DNA from: an uncultured Candidatus Saccharibacteria bacterium
GTDB taxonomy: Bacteria; Patescibacteriota; Minisyncoccia; UBA6257; 1-14-0-10-44-23
Assembly: GCA_964549935.1 (NCBI GenBank)
Contig: CAZJVT010000003.1
Location: 78,634 to 142,633 of the forward strand
Length of the DNA stretch: 64,000 nucleotides
Direction of reading: 5' to 3'
Program-made: the position numbers and the translations under genes
In this document: positions 1-7,481 of the stretch, piece after piece
How the letters are laid out: every line of letters begins with the position of its first letter
Numbering within the stretch: position 1 is the stretch's first letter
The notes under the pieces: generated by a model
Seen by the model: only the letters and a program-made list of their open reading frames with translations
Told to the model about the DNA's origin: nothing
Databases searched by the model: none

Positions 1-1632
1 GACGATCTGCTGGGTGACGGTCGAGTAGTAGAAGTAGTTGCCCTTGTCGAAGCCAAGAGGGCGGAGGTCGATGCTGCCGGTGCCGAGGCCGCCGCCGTTG
101 AGAAGCCTTTCCGCGGCGAGCCGCTTCGCAGCCTCGGCCGAGGTCTTCAGCGCATCGTCGAGGTCGCGGATCGGCACCTTGGCGCCGCGCAGCGATCCCT
201 TGACCATGTGGTAGCGCCCGAGATCGCGCTCCTTGAGATCGTTGAGCGCCTGGAGGGCTTCCGGGGCGAACGCGGCCTTCGGATCCTCCTCGCAGCTCTT
301 GATGTAGGCTTCGAAGTCGAAGCCGGCCGGATCGTCCTCTGGCGCCGCATCGGCATTTCGGCGGAAGGGCAGCACCTTCGCCGCCGGCTCCTCGTCCGGA
401 GGACCGGCCTTCGCCACGATCTCGGTCGCCTCCGAGCTGAGATCCCGATCTCCGGGAGCGCCGCCATGCTCCGCCAGCGCCGCCGCGAGCTCATCGTCCA
501 CGGGAGCCGCCGCCGCGACCTGCATCGCGCCCGCGATCATCGCCTCGAGGCGCTCCATCAGGAATTCCGGATCGCCTTCTGCATCGGCGATGTCCCAGCC
601 CTCCGGCAGGCTGGCGGGAACGTCGACCTCGAAGACCTCGATAGAGCTCAGCACGTCCAGGCCCGACCGGTCGTTCTCGGCCAGGAGGCGAAGGGCGATC
701 TCCTCCATCGCCTCACGGCCGACAAGGTCGTTGTCCGGCATGGTGATGACGCGCCATCCGGCGAAGACCGAGATATCGGCATGCCGGAAATTCTTGGTGC
801 CGCCGAGCGGCGACACGAAGGGGTAGCGGCCGGCGAAGAGCCGGTTTCCCGCGTCGGCGGCCTTCTCGCCCTCGACCAGGACGCAGGTCCTGGCCCCCTG
901 CCCGTCCTCGACCTCGCCCAGCAGGTCCGCTCCGTAGATGGGCTTCGGATCATCGAACCCGATCGACGCCCATCCTTCGCTTCCGTCCTCGAAGGAACAC
1001 CACGTCACCGGGACCGGGGACTTCTTCTTCTTGCCATCCCGCACCCACTCCATGCGGAGCACGTAGCCGAGCAGGCTCCCGGCCTTGTCGCGGTAGTCGT
1101 GGACCATCGCCGGCTGGAACTGGCGGCGCAGCGGCTTGCCGTCCTCGCCCGGGGACCAGTCGCCGAGCTCCTTGTTGCGGATCCTGACCGGCTGGGTGAC
1201 GTGGGGCCCCTTCGAGCCCCGCTCCCCGCCTTCGGCGAAGAGCGGCGTTGCCGCCACCGGGACCGGAAGGATCGGCCGCGGGACCGGCGGCGAAGCGCGG
1301 CGCTGCCGGCGTTCGACCGGCATTCCGCGGCGACCCTCGACATCGCCCTTGAGGATCTCGATCGCCTTCCCGGCTTCGACACCCTCGGCCTCCATCACCA
1401 TCTTCAGGGCGCTGCCATGCGCGCCGCAGCCGTAGCAGTGGTAGTGCTGGTCGCCTTCATCGTCGAAGACCTGGAACGACGGAGTCTTCTCGGAATGGAA
1501 GGGGCAAAGGCCGATATGGCGGCCCGCAACCATGCGGAGATCCGTATAGCGCTGCGCCACCTCGAGAATGTCGACCTGCGAGAGAAGCTCCTCGATGTCG
1601 ACCTTCTCCTTGTCCCCACGACGTCTGGGCAT
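1..1632 (-). CDS. DNA primase, CHC2 zinc-finger (DnaG-like) plus Toprim-like region; C-terminus runs off the window start
   Basis: Manual minus-strand translation from ATG at 1632 (RBS GGAGGGG upstream) gives MPRRRGDKEKVDIEELLSQVDILEVAQRYTDLRMVAGRHIGLCPFHSEKTPSFQVFDDEGDQHYHCYGCGAHG. This is the CHC2 zinc-ribbon signature of DnaG-type primases. No stop is reached before position 1. The antisense plus-strand ORF 208..1707 is Arg/Leu-rich. Confidence 0.7.
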   Translation of the reverse strand, partial: MPRRRGDKEKVDIEELLSQVDILEVAQRYTDLRMVAGRHIGLCPFHSEKTPSFQVFDDEGDQHYHCYGCGAHGSALKMVMEAEGVEAGKAIEILKGDVEGRRGMPVERRQRRASPPVPRPILPVPVAATPLFAEGGERGSKGPHVTQPVRIRNKELGDWSPGEDGKPLRRQFQPAMVHDYRDKAGSLLGYVLRMEWVRDGKKKKSPVPVTWCSFEDGSEGWASIGFDDPKPIYGADLLGEVEDGQGARTCVLVEGEKAADAGNRLFAGRYPFVSPLGGTKNFRHADISVFAGWRVITMPDNDLVGREAMEEIALRLLAENDRSGLDVLSSIEVFEVDVPASLPEGWDIADAEGDPEFLMERLEAMIAGAMQVAAAAPVDDELAAALAEHGGAPGDRDLSSEATEIVAKAGPPDEEPAAKVLPFRRNADAAPEDDPAGFDFEAYIKSCEEDPKAAFAPEALQALNDLKERDLGRYHMVKGSLRGAKVPIRDLDDALKTSAEAAKRLAAERLLNGGGLGTGSIDLRPLGFDKGNYFYYSTVTQQIV

Positions 1633-1711
1633 ATCCCCTCCCGAGTTCGTTATAAGAGTGTACGCCTCTGCTTTTTCATGAACAACAGAAACCGCAGGCC
1701 GAAATGAGTGC

Positions 1712-1738
1712 AATGTTAGAAATGTTAGAAATGTAAGA
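1712..1738. repeat. Tandem iteron-like repeats AATGTTAGA AATGTTAGA AATGTAAGA in the primase/GcrA intergenic region
   Basis: Direct reading of the sequence: caATGTTAGAAATGTTAGAAATGTAAGacg. The ATGTTAG/AATGTAA core recurs at 5494..5511, 5725..5741 and 40031. Confidence 0.6.
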
Positions 1739-1837
1739 CGATCCGGCACAGCGCATGCCCGCGCTGGCCTAGCTCCGGAACGTCAGGTTGGGCTGGTCGA
1801 TGTGGAGCGGCGCTCCGGGCGAGGGTCGCCTCACCCG

Positions 1838-2326
1838 CTAGACATGCAGGCTGTAGTCTTCCTGGCCGACGATCTCATTGTTCTGGGCGCAGGGGGTGCA
1901 TCGACGATGCCCGGCATGCTCGGACATGAAGAGCTTTCCGCATGAAGGCGCAAGACACCTGCGCATCTTGGTCACCAGCTTCCAGCTCCGCTCGCCGTCG
2001 ATGACCTTGTCGTCCCTCTTCGGCAGCCGGGGAACCAGCGAGCCGTTTTCGCCGCGGCCTCGCCCAGGAAGGTTCTGGCGATTGGCGCGAAGCTGGATGG
2101 AGGCAGGGGTCCGGCCCGGCATCTTCTTGGCGATCTGCTCGGCGGAAAGGCCCTGCGCCCAGAGATCCGTCAGCATCTGCTTGTCCGCCGCGGACCATTT
2201 CGGCCGCCGGCGGGGATCATCGCCGGCCGCAAGCGTGCTGGGGACCTGGGACTTTGTCGAGCCGGCTGACTGGCTCGAGATGGTGCTCGGCTGCGAGGGC
2301 GCTTGCGGCTGCGACAAGGCGCTCAT
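1838..2326 (-). CDS. GcrA-like cell-cycle regulator family protein (N-terminal extension possible)
   Basis: Protein contains W...LTDLWAQGLSAEQIAKKM, matching the GcrA N-terminal DNA-binding signature. A Cys-rich C-terminus (CLAPSCGK...CTPCAQ) is also as in GcrA. It overlaps the upstream gene by 4 nt, indicating an operon. Confidence 0.5.
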   Translation of the reverse strand: MSALSQPQAPSQPSTISSQSAGSTKSQVPSTLAAGDDPRRRPKWSAADKQMLTDLWAQGLSAEQIAKKMPGRTPASIQLRANRQNLPGRGRGENGSLVPRLPKRDDKVIDGERSWKLVTKMRRCLAPSCGKLFMSEHAGHRRCTPCAQNNEIVGQEDYSLHV

Positions 2327-2793
2327 GCCACGGCTCCTTCGACCATGCCGGGGACCTGACGCCGTGCGCTGGCGGAGCGGGCGGCCTGGAGCCGCGGACA
2401 GCCGGCGATGTAGGAAATGACCTTCGCGGCCGTCTCCGGCTTCGCCTGCCGGCCGCTGCGCAGCCCCTGGACGAAACCGGCGTCGTTCATGACCGAGGTG
2501 CCGAAGGCGCTGACGGCGATGCCCGTCTCGGAAAGATACATCTCGATCGTGGCGAGAAGCTGCGAGCCGGTGCGCCTGGCCGAGCGCCTGAGCCGCTGAA
2601 GCTTCTCAGGGTCGAGAAGATCCGCTGCGGAAGTGCCCTTGCCGGCTATGTCCCGGCCAAGAGCGGCGATGGCTTGGTTGCTTCTTGACATGACGACTGC
2701 TGTTCCGATCGTTCCTGTCAGGCTGCCGTGGACTGCTGCACCTGCTTGTGCAGGGTGCATAAGCATGATCCTAGGACGCGTCCCAGAAGTCAA
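2323..2793 (-). CDS. Putative DNA-binding (HTH-like) protein, co-transcribed with the GcrA-like gene
   Basis: 156-aa ORF with coherent composition. The segment SETGIAVSAFGTSVMNDAGFVQGLRSGRQAKPETAAKVISYI resembles phage-type HTH regulators. It is translationally coupled to the downstream ORF. Confidence 0.4.
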   Translation of the reverse strand: MTSGTRPRIMLMHPAQAGAAVHGSLTGTIGTAVVMSRSNQAIAALGRDIAGKGTSAADLLDPEKLQRLRRSARRTGSQLLATIEMYLSETGIAVSAFGTSVMNDAGFVQGLRSGRQAKPETAAKVISYIAGCPRLQAARSASARRQVPGMVEGAVA

Positions 2794-2824
2794 GCCGATC
2801 GGCTCGCCGGAGATCTAGATTTCC

Positions 2825-2930
2825 TTCCGGAATTCCGGAAGCGAACAGGTGTAGGACGAGTTTCCGGAATGCCAGAAAATCACGGGGTAGCCTGATCGAT
2901 CGGGCGATCCCGAATCCAGGTTTCCGGAAT
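2825..2930. promoter_or_regulatory. Operator-like array of TTCCGGAA palindromes upstream of the HTH/GcrA operon
   Basis: TTCCGGAATTCCGGAA at 2825..2840, GTTTCCGGAAT at 2860..2870 and GTTTCCGGAAT at 2920..2930. The core TTCCGGAA is self-complementary. The same core recurs at 23488..23496. Confidence 0.45.
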
Positions 2931-2959
2931 TTAACCTTGTTCGACAAGCAAATCCGGGA

Positions 2960-4500
2960 TCAGGAGTCGTCGAAGGCAGCGAGATCGACGTCGCCGCCGC
3001 GGCCGCCCATCGGACCATCATCCTCGATGGCGCTTCCCGCCTTCACCGCCTCGACGGCGCCGGCGACCACGTCCTTCGCCACCTCCGAGAAGCGCGAGAG
3101 GATCTCGAAGCCCTTACCCTTCTTCGACTGGCTCAGGCGAATGCTCGCCGTTTCCGTCAGGAACATCGACGGGTCGCCGCCCATCTCCTGGAACATCGCG
3201 CAGATCTCGGCGACGTTGAAATCGCCGCGCTTGAAGAACTTGTCCAGGTCGATACCCTTCCGGGACAGGAGGGCGCGAAGCTCCGCGACCAGGTCGATGT
3301 CCTTCTTCGCGGCGACCGCGAGGATCTCGTCGATGTCGATCGCGTCGGGGAGCCGCATGCTGTCGACATCGACGTTGGATCCGGTGAGCCGGGCCAGGCG
3401 CTTGGCCTCGTCGACCAGGCGCGGCACGCTCATGACGGGCTTGCCGGTGATGGTGCCGATCTCGCCAAGCTTGATCTTGCCGTCGCCGAGCTCGCCTGCC
3501 GTCTCGGCCCATGCCTTGATCCTGGTCTGGATCTCCTTCTCGCGCTCCTCGAGCTCGGACTTCATGGCCTTGATGCGGCCAAGGTCTCCGGCGGCTTCCA
3601 GGATGTCCTCGGGAACCTCGACGTCGATGGCCTTCCTCCGCTCGGGCCATGGCGGCAACTCGCCCTTCAGGACGAAGTCGTTCCAGAAGGTGGAGCCGGC
3701 GGCGACGAGCTCCTCGACCAGCTCCGGCTGGTAGGGCACCAGCTTCGGGTGCGGCTCGAACCGGTCGAGGTCGAACATGACGATGAAGCGGGCCTTGAAG
3801 CGAAGATCGAGCGTCGTCCGGCTGAGTTCGTCGTACTGGTGCAGCTGCGATTGCCAGTAGCTGGGCACCCCGCCGGAGACGTAGGTCGGGAAGGCGTTCG
3901 CCGAGGGGCACTTGTAGTCGACAAGGATCAGGTCCCCCGGCTCGAGGCGGAAGCCATCGAGGACACAGGAGACCCCGACCTTTACGATGTCGTCCGGGCT
4001 CGAGATCATCCAGCGGTGGACGGGATGCCGGCAGCCCGAAAGCTTCGCCAGCGCATCCTCATGGCTCTTCCCGCCGACCATGGCGTGGAAGGCATCCCGA
4101 ATGACGCCCTCCGAGCGGATGCCTCGAAGCATGTCGTCGCTCGGTGCGTCCGGCATGTACGCGAGCAGCTTCTCGCCGACGGTCTGGCGCGCGGTCTTGA
4201 AGGGGCTGGGCTCGCCGCGAAGCTCGTCGACGAGACCGCCAATCTCGGATCCGCCGATGCCGGTCAGCCGGCGCATGTGCCAGTAGCACCGCTTGGTGCC
4301 GCCGCCCTCGCGCTCGAGGATCATGCCGCACCAGCGGCGCGCCTTGTCCGGATCGAAGGACTGTCGGAGATGCGGCATGCCCGACAGCACGCGCATCATG
4401 TCCTTCTCCGCCCGCGTCCACTCAGCCGTGCCGGGACGGACGATCGCCGGCAGCGGCTCGGGAGCCGCCTGCGCCGGTTTATGAGCGAGGGCGGTGCTCA
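2960..4500 (-). CDS. YqaJ/lambda-exonuclease-like PD-(D/E)XK 5'-3' exonuclease with a roughly 250-aa C-terminal extension
   Basis: Start ATG (complement) at 4500 with GGGAAGGA RBS. The protein MSTALAHK... contains GIGGSEIGGLV and LILVDYKCP motifs (GxGxSE and the E.KCP-like hallmark of YqaJ/lambda Exo). The 820-aa ORF in the track is a run-on of this frame upstream of the real start. Confidence 0.65.
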
Positions 4501-4520
4501 TGCGAGAAGATCCTTCCCTG

Positions 4521-5346
4521 TTCAGGCGACGAACGCCGGCTCCGGGCGCCGCGCCGCGGCTGGCGTCGCCGGGAGGACGAGCTGGCGGTAGCTCTCCGGC
4601 AGGTCCGGCGAGAGCCGGCGGCCGGCATTGATCTGGTAGGAGCGGAAGATCGTCGATGCCTGGTTGCCGCGGATCGTGGCGAGAGGATCCGCGGGGTCGG
4701 TCTCGACGAGGCGCGCGGTCGTGAACTCCGCGACGACTTCCTCGACCAGCTTCTCGTAGCCGAGCGTCATGTCGTTGACCAGGTCGACCGTGAGGACGTC
4801 TGCGCCGAGATCGATGTAGGAGCGCGAGTCGGTGTAGCGCTTGAAGTCGCCGGTCGCCTTGTCGATCGCATGGATCCGGACGAGCATGACGTTCTCGCGG
4901 CCGAAGCGCTCGATCAGCGGCTCGTTCTCGCGGGTGAAGCCGGAATCCGCGATCAGGACGACCGAAGGATCGCTGGGGTTCGCCTCGCCGCCCATCATGC
5001 GATCGAGGCGCTGGAGGGCGAGCTCGCCGAAGATCCTCATGCCGTGGTGCGGCTTGTAGTAGGTCTCCGACACCGCGATGTAGGCTTCGCGCGGTGTCTT
5101 GCCTAGGAACCGCGGATTTGGAAGATCCTTGACCTCCTCGAAGTGATCGGGGCCGAGCGGTCGGCCGAATTCGTCGAAGAGCCCGTAAAGCGCGTGGGTG
5201 CGCTCCTTGAGCTCGTCGGCGAACTTCAGCTTGACCGGGCTGATGCCGAACTGGCCGTTGAACCCCTCGAGCACCGACGAGGTCGCCTTGCGGACCGAGT
5301 GATCCTTGCCGCAGCGCGGCGGTCCGTTGAACAGGCAGACGATCAT
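4521..5346 (-). CDS. P-loop kinase, phage dNMP-kinase-like
   Basis: N-terminus MIVCLFNGPPRCGKDH has a Walker A with the GKD variant typical of T4-type dNMP kinases. The stop lies 21 bp upstream of the exonuclease start on the same strand. Confidence 0.45.
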
Positions 5347-5439
5347 GGCGAAAACCCTGCGGCTCGGTGTCTGGTCCCGCCATTGTGCCACGCGGCGGCG
5401 AAAGCTCCAAACCTGTCGGCACATGCTTTTACAGCGTTC

Positions 5440-5900
5440 CGGATTGATCGAGCCTCGAGGCCGTCTATCGAGGTATTGCAGTAACTTACAAGATGTTAGG
5501 CGAAATGTAATAAGAGCAACGGCGAGTAAGTTGTTGATTTTGATAAGAGCCGTGGCGTTCTCTTATATATATTATATTTCTTATAGTATAAAAATATATA
5601 TATAGAATTAAAAGCCGTCCTGGACACAGACGCGCGTGGACGGACGCATGGGGATCCATGCGGTGTAATGTATGTAATAACTGTTAGATTGCTGATTTCT
5701 CTGGGGTTTTCAGCCCTGGCGGAAATTACATCGCCTAACAGGCCAGCCGCACAAGTCATTGGCGGCGAAGAGAAATCCCTCGGATGATAGGTCGATCTCG
5801 AGGAAAGCGCAAGAACTCGCGGCGATCGCCCCCACAGGATAGGCGAGCCATCGACCGATTGGCGCTTCCGGGCTTTTCACGTATGCTGGTGGTCGGGCGC
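5440..5900. promoter_or_regulatory. AT-rich divergent promoter hub with TA-repeat core, separating the minus-strand exonuclease operon from the plus-strand helicase operon
   Basis: Sharp GC drop. TA-rich core at 5562..5610 (tcttatatatattatatttcttatagtataaaaatatatatatag). A short hairpin CCGTCC...GGACGG is at about 5617..5643. The region contains no credible ORF. Confidence 0.4.
5494..5741. repeat. Imperfect 18-bp inverted repeats bracketing the AT-rich core
   Basis: Left arm TGTTAGGCGAAATGTAAT at 5494..5511. Right arm ATTACATCGCCTAACAG at 5725..5741, which is the reverse complement apart from a 2-nt gap. This is either a MITE-like footprint or paired operator sites. Confidence 0.45.
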
Positions 5901-5919
5901 GATTAATACGAGACGCACC

Positions 5920-6576
5920 GTGACCATCCCCGGGAAATCCGACCGCGAGACGGTCATGGAAGCGCTCCTTCAGCGCATCCTCGGTCGTCTCGACCCTTCC
6001 ACCGGTTGCGTCGCCGATCTCGACGCCGCCTCCCTCGGCCTCGACGGCGCCGCCTCGAACAAGATCATGGAGCGGATCGAGGGATACGCCATGGCGGCCG
6101 AGACCTTGTGGAATGCCTATTACGGACCCGGATCCAATCCCGAAAGCGTCGAATGGTTCGATGTGCAGCAGGCACTCGCCTTCGCCGCCGCCGCCACCGG
6201 CCGCGGAAATCCGGACTTCGTGCCTGGTGCCGACAAGGCCCTGATCTCGATCTTCAATGGATCCAGGTGTGTCGAGACGATCGACATCACCGACGAGGTT
6301 GTCAGGCTCGACGCGACATCGCTCGTCGCCATGATCGCCGATCCGACGCTGTGCTTCGACCATCCGGTACTGGCGTTGAAGCTCGACCGATCGAGGCTCG
6401 ATGAACTGCGTCTTTCAAGCCAGAAGGTTTCCGACTTCCTCGGCACCGAAGATCCGACGGACGAGCTCATGGAGGCGGTCCGCGAGCGCTACGGAATCGC
6501 CGAGAGCGAGAAGCTCGTCTCCATCATCGATGCGATCGCCAGCCTCCCGGGCGGCCCGCCTGCGGTGACGATGTGA
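5920..6576 (+). CDS. Hypothetical protein (first gene of the helicase operon)
   Basis: 218-aa ORF with non-repetitive, acidic composition. It overlaps the next ORF by 4 nt. No recognisable motif. Confidence 0.5.
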   Translation: MTIPGKSDRETVMEALLQRILGRLDPSTGCVADLDAASLGLDGAASNKIMERIEGYAMAAETLWNAYYGPGSNPESVEWFDVQQALAFAAAATGRGNPDFVPGADKALISIFNGSRCVETIDITDEVVRLDATSLVAMIADPTLCFDHPVLALKLDRSRLDELRLSSQKVSDFLGTEDPTDELMEAVRERYGIAESEKLVSIIDAIASLPGGPPAVTM

Positions 6577-7463
6577 AGGAGAAGCAGATGACCGGACGCG
6601 AAGCCCTCATCATCGAGATCGCCCAGGCGATCGAGCGCGCCTTCCTTTCCTGCGGGCGGAAGGTCCTGGTTCAGCCCCATTTCACCCTCAGGGAGTGGAC
6701 CTTCCTTGTGACCGAGCCTCGCGAGGACGGCCCGCGCGGCATCGGCAGCCTGACCTTCGCCGATCGCAAGGATCTCGACCGTCGCCTTGCCATCGCCGGA
6801 GTTCCTGGCTTCACCACGACCAATGCCGTCGGAGAGAAGGGTGCGGACGACATGTGGGTGTCGATCGACTCCCGCCTTGTTGGCGCCGCCGGCTTCGATA
6901 CGGATGCCGCGGAGGCGCTCGAGATCGTCCATACCGACCAAGTAGGCTTCGCGCTGGTGAAGGAGGACCCGGAGCGTGCGATCGCCTCCGGCGCCGCCTG
7001 CCGCCTCGACGCGACGGCGGTCGTGCTTTCCCTGAGCCTGCCGGTCCTCCATCGCATCGACCAGGTCGCGCCCTTGATCCAGGGCCTCGCCGGGGTTCCC
7101 TACAAGCGCTTCGCGACGAAGGTCACTGCCGCTTCCCTTTCGGCCTACTTCGGCGTGACCACCCCGTCCGAGATCTCGCTATCGATGCTCAACTCGGCCC
7201 GCCGCGCGGCCAGGCTTGTACCGCCCAAGGACCTGGTTCCGGTGGCTGACGGTGCGTTGCCGGTATCCGAGATCCTCGTGTTCCGGACCATCGATGTCCT
7301 CTCCAGGATCGGAGCCGGCCACGACCCGCAGAGGATCTCGGCCGACATCGATGCCGTGCGCAAGGAATGGGCCGACATGGCGAAAGGGCTGGTGGCGACG
7401 CGGGAGGGAATGGCCTCGCAGCAGCCTGGCTCGAAAGTCCCGCTCACCACTTTGTCTCTCTAG
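6573..7463 (+). CDS. Hypothetical protein (second gene of the helicase operon)
   Basis: 296-aa ORF, translationally coupled on both sides. Competing minus-strand ORFs are Arg/Ser-rich. Confidence 0.5.
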   Translation: MKEKQMTGREALIIEIAQAIERAFLSCGRKVLVQPHFTLREWTFLVTEPREDGPRGIGSLTFADRKDLDRRLAIAGVPGFTTTNAVGEKGADDMWVSIDSRLVGAAGFDTDAAEALEIVHTDQVGFALVKEDPERAIASGAACRLDATAVVLSLSLPVLHRIDQVAPLIQGLAGVPYKRFATKVTAASLSAYFGVTTPSEISLSMLNSARRAARLVPPKDLVPVADGALPVSEILVFRTIDVLSRIGAGHDPQRISADIDAVRKEWADMAKGLVATREGMASQQPGSKVPLTTLSL

Positions 7464-7481
7464 AATTGCCGGAAATCCAGG

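Noticed and set aside
208-1707. 499-aa plus-strand ORF covering the left end
   Set aside because: Arg/Leu/Gly-rich low-complexity translation. It is antisense to the minus-strand primase, which carries a clear CHC2 zinc-finger motif. It is a typical GC-rich shadow ORF.
2960-5422. 820-aa minus-strand ORF in the track
   Set aside because: Only the part downstream of ATG 4500 is a genuine protein (the YqaJ-like nuclease). The upstream 300 codons are a stop-free Arg/Pro-rich run-on that overlaps the real P-loop gene in another frame.
5496-5759. Small ORFs inside the AT-rich island (5306..5605 +, 5496..5759 -)
   Set aside because: They lie in TA-repeat, low-complexity non-coding DNA, translate to Tyr/Ile/Lys junk, and have no RBS.
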